A stretch of DNA of 64,000 nucleotides. It comes from a virus. The position numbers and the translations under genes were made by a program. Under the pieces are notes generated by a model. It did not search any database and was not told the origin of the DNA. It worked only from the letters and a program-made list of their open reading frames with translations. The stretch is from IMG/VR virus record IMGVR_UViG_3300014050_000003, positions 57,059 through 121,058 of that record; one strand, given 5' to 3'. This document shows positions 36,479 through 46,051 of this stretch, one piece after another. Each line of letters opens with the position of its first letter. The first letter of the stretch is position 1.

Positions 36479-39400
36479 TTATGTTAAAGTAGGAGTAGGC
36501 GTTGGAGTATATGAACATCCACAATTATATATTCCATATACTCCTGCTGGAGGCCTTATATTATATTGGCCTCCCCAAGTGCTTAGTGCAGATCCTCCAA
36601 TATCATTTGCTAAAATAATTCCATATACTTGATTTTCATTATCTGAAGGAAAACCAAAATTGAAGCCACCACATGCATCACTAACATTATATGAATCAAA
36701 ATCTGGCGTAACACATTTTACTAACATAACTGTTCCTACATAATAACAACCCCCATAAGATGGACCATAAAAATACGGCGAAATCGGTACGGCCGAGATT
36801 AAACCGCTTTGATCTCCAGAGTTTAAATCTACATTAAATTTATATCTAAACCATGCAACATTACAAGGCCCATAAGATATAACGCGAGAATCATAAGATT
36901 CATATTCAGGTCCAAAAATTTCTACCACCATACCATTAAAAGATACTACCCAACTTTGTTCAGATCCAATACTAGAATTATAACTTGTTAATTGAACCCA
37001 AAGTTCTAATGGAACAATAGATGTTGGCGTAGGAGTTGGTGTAGGAGTCGGAGTTGGTGTAGGAGTCGGAGTTGGCGTAGGAATTGGTGGCAAAGTTGGC
37101 GTAAAAGGATATGGACATGCGCAATTATAAGTGCAAGAAAATGGTAGAGCAGGATATTGACCCCATATTGTACGACCTCCATCTAATGAAACACCGAAGA
37201 ATCCTCCTGGCCAATATGCAAGTTGTCCATTACATTCATCAATAAAAGCCCCAGGATCTTCTTCAACAACGCATTTTACTATAGATGCTTGTCCTACATA
37301 ATTACAAAGTCCATAAGATTCACCATAAACAAAAGGACTAATCGGAGTGATTTCAATTAAACCGCTTTGATCTCCAGAGTTTAAATCTACATAAAATTTA
37401 TATCTCAAATACGCTGAAGAACATCCACCAGGAGACATTGTTAATGAATCATGATCCCCGTTTCCAACATTTTTTATTGGGATACCGTTAAAAGATATAC
37501 TCCATCCTTGTTGAACCGATTCATAACTAGCTATACGAACCCAAAGCTCTAATGGAACAATGGAAGATATTAACGTAGGCGTAGGAGTTGGCGTAGGAGT
37601 TGGAGTTGGAGTTGGCGTAGGAGTTGGCGTAGGAGTTGGAGTTGGAGTTGGAGTTGGAGTAAAAGTTGGCGTAGGAGTTGGAGTCAAAGTTTGCGTAGAA
37701 GTAAATGTTGGCGTAGGAGTTGGCGTACAAATCGCCTCTTCAGCACAAGTAATATTATTATTTGAATTTAAAATATTAAGACTTATCCAACCAGAATAAG
37801 GGAATGAAACATCATTAGCTAAATTAAAAGATACAAGAGTTGGACTTTGTAATAAATCATCTTTAAAATATAAAAACCATCCTTTATCTGGAACATTTTG
37901 ATTAAAAAATCTTTTTGCTCCAATGTCAAAATATTTTAAATAATATCTTTTACAATTTATTTTGCAAGATCTCCATAATTTTTGATTTATTTTTGAAAAA
38001 TAAAATTGTCCATGAATAGGAGGAGTTGGTACAGGATATATTGGAGTTGGAGTAGATGTAGGAGTTGGAGTAGATGTAGGAGCAGATGTAGGAGTAGGAG
38101 TAGGAACAATAATATTGGGATCTATAATTTCTCCTGTTGCAGTTACCATATCAGTTCTAAAGTTTCCTCTAAAATAAGAATATATATTAGTATCTGTCCC
38201 ATCTACTTTGCGATATCCATTTTGTCCAGGAGCATAAGATGCTACTAAACGAAAACCAAATTTAGAATTATTATTTACCCCAGATATAGAACTTAAATCT
38301 GCTTTTCTTTGATAACTCCAAGTATCAGCGCTAGTTTGTTTATATAAACCTTGTTCTATTGAATCTGCATCGCCAACTTGAGCTACATAATCTATCCAAA
38401 CTGGATTGGTTGCAGTAATATCCAATGTATATTGAGCTTTTATGTATCTTGTACAAGTTCTATTCAAATAATTATCCCAATAAATAATAATATTTCTTCT
38501 ATTGAATGTGCTTATAGAAAATTGTAATCCAGAAGAATTATTTAATATTGGTTGAGATGATCCATAATAATTTAAAGATTTATTATTAGAATTGTAATTT
38601 GGTCCTAATGGGTCAGTTAAAGAGCCAGCAATAAAACCATAATCAGTATTAATTCCTATTACTTGAACTACTCCTTCTCCAGTAGACGGATTTAAATCTG
38701 AGGAATTAAAGTTCCATTGAGTAATAATATTATTAAAAATACCAAAAGGTTTAGCTTTTATTATTTTACCTGTACTGCTAACATTTAAATTATCATTTAC
38801 TGCAATATCTGCATTTTGAGCTACTACAAAAATTTTAAAATAATAAGTTTGACGATTTGTTAATCCTGTAACTTTAAAATTAATTGGAGTAAATGCAGTT
38901 TTTACTTTTTCATTATATACAACATATGCTGAACCTAATTGAGCTCCTTGTCCATAAATTTTATTTGGTTGTAAAATTTCAATTGGCATATTTCTAGGTA
39001 AAGTTGTAAAAGAATTAACAGTAGAAGCAAGAACTATAATATAATCTCCATCACCACTTTCACTCCAATTTATATTTACTTCTGAATTTCCAGGAATAAT
39101 CTCAGGCTGTCCTGGTTCAATAAATCCAGAAGCTCTTCCATTTGCTGGAATATTTAATGTAACATCTGGGCTACTTATTGTTATATTTTTATCAGTAGTT
39201 ACTGTTGTTATTGGGTCAAAACTTACATATATTAATTGACTTACCGCTCCATTTTCTGGATCAAGAATAATTGAATTAGAATAATTAATATTATCTAATG
39301 AAACGTTATAATTTTCATCGCATGAGATTGTTACAGATCCATATAAATTTGAACCAGTAATAGTAAAAGATGGAGTATCTCCATTCGTTTTTGAACTTTG

Positions 39401-40729
39401 TCCAGCTCTATATGAATAATCTATAATTTCAATTTGCCCAATATCAGCGGAAAGCGTTGGATTTGTAGTCGGAGTGGTAGTTGGAGTTGCGGTTGGAGTT
39501 GGTGGAACAAATATTGATAAAATAGTATTAGTCCATCCATCTTTTGGTATATAATTAGGGGATTGAAGAGGATAAAAAGAATAATCAATTAAAGATAAAT
39601 TAGATACATATCCTTTAGGACCATCACAGGCGCTGCCATCAGAATCTTTATTAACAATATATAATTCCCATCTATCAGCAGTACTATTCCAAACAAGAAG
39701 ATAATCATTAGGAAGAAATCCAGTTCCGCGATAAAGATACCATTTTCCACTTAATACAGCATTTGTCCAAATATTTCCAATATTCAAACAGCCAGATTCA
39801 ACATTTGGAGTTATCCTTCTACTAACTAAAACTGGATTTGGGCCTATATCATTATTATTTTCTATATAAATATAATAATTTGTAGGATAATATATAACAT
39901 TTACTGGCGTAGGAGTAGGAGTTGGTGTTGGAGGCAAAGGGATATTAGATAAAGTAAAATTACCTGAACTGGACCAATATACAACAACATCAGATGGGCC
40001 TTTTGGGCAAATCCTAGTGTGAGCTGAAGTATGTACCCATATCTGAGCTTTTCTTTTATCTCCACCAAAATTAAACCATCCTTTACGAATTTGATTATGA
40101 ACAACATCTTTAATAAATTGTATAGGAATATCAAATCCCCAATTATAATACGGCGCAAAAAGCGGGTTCTCGGGCGCTTCGCATCCCCAAAATTGTTCAC
40201 GAGGAGAGTTTAAAATTTCTAGAAATAATTCATATGAAATTGCACGTTGTAAATAAAAAGTAGGTTTGATCTGATTTTCGCAAACGCATACATCAAGGGG
40301 ATTTAATGGACCACCATCTATTGGATAACCTAATTGACTCCAATAATTAGGCCATTGAAATTTATTAAGATAAAAACTACTACCAGGATAAGCTACACCA
40401 TAAGCAGTAAACTGTTCTCCATTTATTGCGATAGTTGCCGTACAAGACTCTACATCAGCGCCTGTATCTGGAGGCTCATTACAACACATGAAATCTTCTG
40501 CGTAAAACTTAAACTTAATGCTCTTATCAAGTGGAGTATAAAAGAAATCTGTTAATTTTATTACCTCTCCATTATCTTTTTGTACATCAAAAATGTTAGA
40601 GCATTTAGCGCCAGGTGTTGGACATGGCTGTGGTCGTCCTGTAGTAGTAGCATCTTCTACATATTGAATAATCTTATTATATTCAGCTAAAAGTTCTTCT
40701 TTTGATTTTAATGAATTAAGATTTTCCAT
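36479..40729 (-). CDS. Large modular virion/adhesin-like protein with Pro-Thr linkers
   Basis: Six PT-rich tracts; FN3-like segment (VTGLTNRQTYYFKIF); beta-sandwich-like domain; duplicated Cys-rich C-terminal domain. Confidence 0.75.
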   Translation of the reverse strand: MENLNSLKSKEELLAEYNKIIQYVEDATTTGRPQPCPTPGAKCSNIFDVQKDNGEVIKLTDFFYTPLDKSIKFKFYAEDFMCCNEPPDTGADVESCTATIAINGEQFTAYGVAYPGSSFYLNKFQWPNYWSQLGYPIDGGPLNPLDVCVCENQIKPTFYLQRAISYELFLEILNSPREQFWGCEAPENPLFAPYYNWGFDIPIQFIKDVVHNQIRKGWFNFGGDKRKAQIWVHTSAHTRICPKGPSDVVVYWSSSGNFTLSNIPLPPTPTPTPTPVNVIYYPTNYYIYIENNNDIGPNPVLVSRRITPNVESGCLNIGNIWTNAVLSGKWYLYRGTGFLPNDYLLVWNSTADRWELYIVNKDSDGSACDGPKGYVSNLSLIDYSFYPLQSPNYIPKDGWTNTILSIFVPPTPTATPTTTPTTNPTLSADIGQIEIIDYSYRAGQSSKTNGDTPSFTITGSNLYGSVTISCDENYNVSLDNINYSNSIILDPENGAVSQLIYVSFDPITTVTTDKNITISSPDVTLNIPANGRASGFIEPGQPEIIPGNSEVNINWSESGDGDYIIVLASTVNSFTTLPRNMPIEILQPNKIYGQGAQLGSAYVVYNEKVKTAFTPINFKVTGLTNRQTYYFKIFVVAQNADIAVNDNLNVSSTGKIIKAKPFGIFNNIITQWNFNSSDLNPSTGEGVVQVIGINTDYGFIAGSLTDPLGPNYNSNNKSLNYYGSSQPILNNSSGLQFSISTFNRRNIIIYWDNYLNRTCTRYIKAQYTLDITATNPVWIDYVAQVGDADSIEQGLYKQTSADTWSYQRKADLSSISGVNNNSKFGFRLVASYAPGQNGYRKVDGTDTNIYSYFRGNFRTDMVTATGEIIDPNIIVPTPTPTSAPTSTPTPTSTPTPIYPVPTPPIHGQFYFSKINQKLWRSCKINCKRYYLKYFDIGAKRFFNQNVPDKGWFLYFKDDLLQSPTLVSFNLANDVSFPYSGWISLNILNSNNNITCAEEAICTPTPTPTFTSTQTLTPTPTPTFTPTPTPTPTPTPTPTPTPTPTPTPTPTPTLISSIVPLELWVRIASYESVQQGWSISFNGIPIKNVGNGDHDSLTMSPGGCSSAYLRYKFYVDLNSGDQSGLIEITPISPFVYGESYGLCNYVGQASIVKCVVEEDPGAFIDECNGQLAYWPGGFFGVSLDGGRTIWGQYPALPFSCTYNCACPYPFTPTLPPIPTPTPTPTPTPTPTPTPTPTSIVPLELWVQLTSYNSSIGSEQSWVVSFNGMVVEIFGPEYESYDSRVISYGPCNVAWFRYKFNVDLNSGDQSGLISAVPISPYFYGPSYGGCYYVGTVMLVKCVTPDFDSYNVSDACGGFNFGFPSDNENQVYGIILANDIGGSALSTWGGQYNIRPPAGVYGIYNCGCSYTPTPTPTLT
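37575..37726. repeat. (Pro-Thr)n hexamer-repeat tract
   Basis: Runs of ggagtt/ggcgta on + encoding PTPTPT on the minus strand; shorter tracts near 36482, 37020, 38030, 39465 and 39905. Confidence 0.9.
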
Positions 40730-40731
40730 AA

Positions 40732-43700
40732 TTAAGGTATTAATATTATAATATTTTCTGGAACAATTGCATTTATTCCAGTAGATATTACAGGTATTTT
40801 GATTCCAGTTACTAAATTATTAATTAAATTTTTACCAGTAATATATAAATTTCCAGACATAGCATAATTATCATAAAAATTTCTTTTTTCTATAAATATA
40901 TTTACTTTATTTATATTTGATGGTAAATAAGATCCAGAAGTATATTTTCCATTAGTTATATAATTTCCACTTTGGAAGTTTATATTTCCAGTAGGAATTA
41001 AATTACCAGAAGAATCTGTGTAAGAATATCCAGTTATAATATTAAATGTTCCAGTAAATGTTTTTTCATAAGTTATATCTGTTAATCCATTTAATATAAG
41101 GCTATAATTTCCACTTGCAATTCCAGTGGCAATTATTGAATCTATATATTCTCCAGTATATGTTGTTCCATCAATATTTGTAATAAAATTATCTTCATAA
41201 TATAAAATTCCATTTTCAGCAAATCCAGAAATTTGTCCAGTTATATTTGAAAAATAAAAATTATCTGAAACTAAAGTAGTTTTAGAATTGACTAAGTCTC
41301 CTATTAAATATATATTTCCAGTAGAATTTAATGAGTTGGTAAATCCAAAACTATAATTACCTGTAAATTCATTTACCTTTTCCCAATTATTATTACTAGT
41401 ATATACCCAAGTTTTACCAATTAAATCTGTATTTATTAAATTTGCCCCGCCGATTATTATTTTATTCCCATTTGAATTTATTCCAACAGAATTACCAAAT
41501 TTATATGTTCTACCATCTCCGCTAAATGTTTTTGATATATTCCAATCATTTCCATTTCCAGTAAATAAAAATGCTAAACCAGAGTAATGATTACTCCAAG
41601 GGGCTCCTACAATTATTGAATTACCATTACTATTTATATCTATTGAAAAACCAAATCCACTAGTTAAATTTTCTTGATAAATTTTTTTACACTTTCCCCA
41701 ATTATTATTATTACCAGTAATAATATATGCTGATCCATAATTTTCATAAGGTTGAGAAGCAACAATAACGTTTCCAGAATCATTAACAGCTATTGAATAG
41801 CCAAATTGCGTTTTCATATCCTGATCACCAGAAATTTTTTGTTTTAAATCATAATCTATATTATTTCCAGTAAATATATAAATTGCTCCATCAAATTCGC
41901 GCTCTCGGATGCTTCCAATAACTCCTACGTCTCCATTTTTATTAAAAGCAACGCTATTTCCAAAAAGCGGAGTATTCAAAACGATATTTAATTCACTACC
42001 AGTAATTCTTTGATAATCCCAATTTCCATTATTTAAATTATAAATATAAGCTGCTCCACTACCAGAGTCTGCGTAAGGCGCTCCAATTAAAAATTTATTT
42101 CCAGAAGCATTAGATGCTACAGAATATCCGAAACGATCACCACTAAATTCTCCAGATAATTCAGCAATTTGATTCCAATTGTTATTAGAACTATTAAAGA
42201 TATAAACTAATCCACTATTAGATAATGAATTTGGTGCACCAATAATCGCAAGATCTCCTTTAGCATTTAAACCTAAAGCTCGTCCAAAATTTATACCACT
42301 ATCATAACCGCTTACTGTCTGACTAAAAAATGTTCCACCAGAAGCTTGAACATTAATTTCATTTACAACAAAACCATTTAAATAAACAAATTGATTTACA
42401 TCAGAATATATTTCTCCAGTTACAATACTATTATTTAGTAAATTTATACCACTTCCTGTTACAAAAAATGTTTTAGATAAATATCCTGATCCACTTATAA
42501 AGCCAGTTAATGTTGTGTTAATTCCAGTATTTATATTTATTTCTTCTGTAAAAAGCCCTGTATATCCAGAAGCATATTCAAAAAGAAATGATAAATTTTT
42601 ATCTATAGAATATGAGCCAGTTTCATTTCCAAAAACAAAATCAACTCCTAAAACATAAAAATCAGTATTTACTTGTCCAGGTTGAGTAAAAAATGTTTCT
42701 GAATTTTTATTTATATTAAAATCATATATATAACCAGTTGTAAAATATTGGCTATTTAATTCAAATACTCCAGAAATTTTGCCAAAATTCGTATATAAAC
42801 CAAAAATAAAATTACCAGTTTTGTCTAAATATAATTGTTTTGTAGTATCTAAATCTGGAGTTACTACTATAGTATATTTTTGATTAGAAATATCTTGATT
42901 AGATGGAATTACATTTATATTAAAATTTGAATTCAAAGGATAAATTATTTCGCCGCTATAAATTTTAAATTTTAAATTTGGATCTCCACTTACAAAACCA
43001 GTAATATTTTCTTTTACATAATAAAAATTATTAAAATCTAATTTATAACTTGGCCTATCTCCATTTATATAAAGCTCTGTAGAAGCTATACATCCAGATG
43101 TATTTAAATAAAATGTATCAAATTTTGCATAATTTTTTGAACTTGTATTAGATAAATAATAATCATTAATATAATAATCATATCCACTAGAATTTATATT
43201 TCCAGATAATTTAATATTTTCATTTGCATTATAAGTATAAATTAATTTATTTGTTGGATCAAATATTTTACCATTTGTAAATTGAAAATTAAGATCATGT
43301 CGTTTTTTTATAATAGCTTGATTTGAAATTGTATAATTTTTATTAGTTAAACTTTTTATAGCTACAATAGCTCCAGGATAAATTATAGCATTATTCTGAG
43401 ACCCTATTTCTCCATCTGTAGTCCATTCGATTGGACTAACTTGCCCATTAAAACCATCATCATAAACATAATATGATATGAAACCAAATCCATTGTTTAT
43501 AAGTAATACATCAGCGTAAGGCTCACTATTATTGGCTTGAAATTCCCCACTATTAAAAACTGTATTTATAGTATTAACGGATCCTCCTTCATAAATATAA
43601 AAATTATCATAATAAAAAGTATTATTAACAGAATGAGGATATATTTTAGTAAGTGGGCCTTCTTTAAATCCCAAATTACATTTTCCATCTATATTATTTA

Positions 43701-43773
43701 AAGAAAGATCAACTAAAAAAGATATTCCAGTTTGTTCACTAATTGATAAAGTATTATTTCCAGAAAGATTCAT
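40732..43773 (-). CDS. Virion structural protein with an inserted 7-blade FG-GAP beta-propeller
   Basis: Seven FG-x-S/A-x-x-x-N-x-x-G...GAP-type repeats at about 41295-42295 inside a TG/SG-rich scaffold. Confidence 0.75.
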   Translation of the reverse strand: MNLSGNNTLSISEQTGISFLVDLSLNNIDGKCNLGFKEGPLTKIYPHSVNNTFYYDNFYIYEGGSVNTINTVFNSGEFQANNSEPYADVLLINNGFGFISYYVYDDGFNGQVSPIEWTTDGEIGSQNNAIIYPGAIVAIKSLTNKNYTISNQAIIKKRHDLNFQFTNGKIFDPTNKLIYTYNANENIKLSGNINSSGYDYYINDYYLSNTSSKNYAKFDTFYLNTSGCIASTELYINGDRPSYKLDFNNFYYVKENITGFVSGDPNLKFKIYSGEIIYPLNSNFNINVIPSNQDISNQKYTIVVTPDLDTTKQLYLDKTGNFIFGLYTNFGKISGVFELNSQYFTTGYIYDFNINKNSETFFTQPGQVNTDFYVLGVDFVFGNETGSYSIDKNLSFLFEYASGYTGLFTEEININTGINTTLTGFISGSGYLSKTFFVTGSGINLLNNSIVTGEIYSDVNQFVYLNGFVVNEINVQASGGTFFSQTVSGYDSGINFGRALGLNAKGDLAIIGAPNSLSNSGLVYIFNSSNNNWNQIAELSGEFSGDRFGYSVASNASGNKFLIGAPYADSGSGAAYIYNLNNGNWDYQRITGSELNIVLNTPLFGNSVAFNKNGDVGVIGSIREREFDGAIYIFTGNNIDYDLKQKISGDQDMKTQFGYSIAVNDSGNVIVASQPYENYGSAYIITGNNNNWGKCKKIYQENLTSGFGFSIDINSNGNSIIVGAPWSNHYSGLAFLFTGNGNDWNISKTFSGDGRTYKFGNSVGINSNGNKIIIGGANLINTDLIGKTWVYTSNNNWEKVNEFTGNYSFGFTNSLNSTGNIYLIGDLVNSKTTLVSDNFYFSNITGQISGFAENGILYYEDNFITNIDGTTYTGEYIDSIIATGIASGNYSLILNGLTDITYEKTFTGTFNIITGYSYTDSSGNLIPTGNINFQSGNYITNGKYTSGSYLPSNINKVNIFIEKRNFYDNYAMSGNLYITGKNLINNLVTGIKIPVISTGINAIVPENIIILIP

Positions 43774-43775
43774 AA

Positions 43776-46019
43776 TTAGTTTCTTATACTTATTTTATTA
43801 GCTCTAATTTTTTGTAAGGCTACTTCTTTGCTTGGTAATTCTGGAGCTCTAGTTCTGTAAGTTAAATCTGCAAATGAACCATTTTCATCAATATACATAG
43901 ATAAAGAACTTAAGCCATTTTTTGGTGATAATGGCATACTAAGAGCATTTTGAATACCAATTATTTTCATACTGACTGATTCTTCTGGTCGTGAATCCGC
44001 TTGATCGATGGTTGCATTTTCTTTATCATTAGAAATATCATTTGTAACAACATTTATTTTCATTGGGATTGCTGATTTTACATCCCCTATCGCTCTGACT
44101 CCACCATTAAATTGATATTCGCTTTCAAACGGAGCACTAATTTGTATATTTTTTGTTTCTATACCATAAAAAGGTTGTCTCACTGGTAATACTATGGTTT
44201 GAGATGAGCGATTATATGTTATTTTTATACTACTTGCTGTATTTGAATCATGCCCAGGCAAAGGAACTATAGATACTTGTGTATATCCACAATCATTTTG
44301 TTTTTGACAAATTTCATCTTCTGCCGAAGCGCTGCATGGTCCTGCGCATGGATCAGTAGAAGTGTTTTCTGTATTACTTCTATTTACATAAAGTCCATTT
44401 GAAATTCGAGGTTCGCAGCCATTTTTGCTACTATTTAAAGCGCTAAATTCTGCACTAAGCGGTATTGAATTTGAATCTGGAACTAAAGCAAGAAGAAGTC
44501 TTCCTTCTTGAAATGCTGAATCAATTCCTTCTCCTTCAGTTAAAGATAAAGCATTTAAAATAGATAACCTTACTTGCCCAGCATAATCCATATAAACTGG
44601 AAAATAATCTTCTAAATTACCATAAAAAAATAAACTTTCTAAAGGAGGACAATAAGTTGGTTCTTTTTCAATAAAATAAGCTCTATTTCCATAATATTGA
44701 ATTTCAGGGTCATAACTTGTATCAATTTTTAATGATCTACCATTTCCTAAACATAGATCTTTATTTTCTGGATATGGATCTCTACTATAAAAAATTCTAC
44801 CATAGTTATTAAATATGTTTTCTTCTTCTGTTTGCCATTTAGTTTCTAATTTTGGATCTTCAATAAAAAATTTAAAAACAGGGTTAGCCCCGAGATCTTT
44901 AAATTTATTATGAAAATCTATATATGTTTTTACATCAAATCCTTGTTCAAAAATAGTTGTTGGATCTAAATCTAAATCCATATCAATAAGTCCTATTCTT
45001 TCCCATAATCCTTTTTTCATAAAAAAAAGTTTTCTAGCATTTGCATCAATTTTTCCTAAAATTGCTCCAATTAAAGCTAGTTGTTGTTCCTCGGATAGAT
45101 CTCCTGGAGTCATATAATCTATATTAGATGTAAATATTAGTTTTTTAGAACGACTAGAAGATGACTGAACTTTTCCACCTGGAGTAAAACCAAACTCAGT
45201 AGAAAAACTAGCATAAGTATTTTCTATTGTGCTTGATTTAGAAAATGACGCAGATATATGTTTAGGAACTTCTGGTATACTATTTATACCTTTAGATAAA
45301 TCATAAATTATTACAGTATTACTAGTCCAATCAAAATAAAAATCTGCAGCTATATCTCTGCAAAGATTAGATAAAACTTCTCTTGCTGTACCAGTGTAAT
45401 TTATTTTATAATCTCTATAATTAATTAATTCAAATGAAAAATGAATACCTGCGTATGATAAAGCATCATTCAGACCAATAATTAATTCTTCGACTGAATA
45501 ATAAACTTCTGGCACATCGCAACTATTACTATTAGGTTCTTCCCCGCCCATACACAGTAAACTACCAGCCAATTTATGACCAACGCGCAGCTCAGCTCTA
45601 GTTACAGTTCCTGGTATTTCTACAACAGTTCCATTACAAGGGCATTTTGCTTTTATATTTGCAGTTTTTGTCGTTTCACTAAAACCATCTGGGCTACAAT
45701 GTCTTCTGACTAAACCAACGAATATTTTATCTAAATTAAAAGCTTTACTTGTAAAAGTATAATTTATTATATTTTGTCCAGGAGCTACGCTTTGTTCTGA
45801 AGAAATTAAATAGCAATCTAAAAATGATTGGCCGCCAATACTAATTGATCCACGGTTTTCTCCTAATGCAACTTCATTACCATCTACAACGCTTATTGTT
45901 ATTTTATCTAAATTTTGAGAATAACCGAGGTCAAGTTTGATATTATAAATATATCCACCAGCAAACATTCCTGGAGAATTATTACCAATAATTACCTGTT
46001 CTATTTTTTGCCTAGGCAT
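43776..46019 (-). CDS. Putative tail-tip/hub structural protein
   Basis: Downstream of the tape measure; YTGTAREVLSNLCRDIAADFYFDW resembles hub-type proteins; Cys-rich inserts. Confidence 0.5.
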   Translation of the reverse strand: MPRQKIEQVIIGNNSPGMFAGGYIYNIKLDLGYSQNLDKITISVVDGNEVALGENRGSISIGGQSFLDCYLISSEQSVAPGQNIINYTFTSKAFNLDKIFVGLVRRHCSPDGFSETTKTANIKAKCPCNGTVVEIPGTVTRAELRVGHKLAGSLLCMGGEEPNSNSCDVPEVYYSVEELIIGLNDALSYAGIHFSFELINYRDYKINYTGTAREVLSNLCRDIAADFYFDWTSNTVIIYDLSKGINSIPEVPKHISASFSKSSTIENTYASFSTEFGFTPGGKVQSSSSRSKKLIFTSNIDYMTPGDLSEEQQLALIGAILGKIDANARKLFFMKKGLWERIGLIDMDLDLDPTTIFEQGFDVKTYIDFHNKFKDLGANPVFKFFIEDPKLETKWQTEEENIFNNYGRIFYSRDPYPENKDLCLGNGRSLKIDTSYDPEIQYYGNRAYFIEKEPTYCPPLESLFFYGNLEDYFPVYMDYAGQVRLSILNALSLTEGEGIDSAFQEGRLLLALVPDSNSIPLSAEFSALNSSKNGCEPRISNGLYVNRSNTENTSTDPCAGPCSASAEDEICQKQNDCGYTQVSIVPLPGHDSNTASSIKITYNRSSQTIVLPVRQPFYGIETKNIQISAPFESEYQFNGGVRAIGDVKSAIPMKINVVTNDISNDKENATIDQADSRPEESVSMKIIGIQNALSMPLSPKNGLSSLSMYIDENGSFADLTYRTRAPELPSKEVALQKIRANKISIRN

Positions 46020-46040
46020 AAACCTTATTCCTTTATTAAT

Positions 46041-46046
46041 TTACAC
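46041..46046 (-). promoter_or_regulatory. GTGTAA late-type motif followed by AAGG repeats
   Basis: Minus strand AGTGTAAATTAATAAAGGAATAAGGTTT-ATG. Confidence 0.55.
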
Positions 46047-46051
46047 TAAAA

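Noticed and set aside
36500-37565. Possible diversity-generating retroelement TR/VR pair
   Set aside because: Both copies are in-frame parts of one gene, differ at all four bases and by indels rather than only at adenines, and no reverse transcriptase is in the window.
37527-38248. VGVGVG, SNSNS and SRCRS ORFs
   Set aside because: Other frames of the Pro-Thr hexamer repeats.
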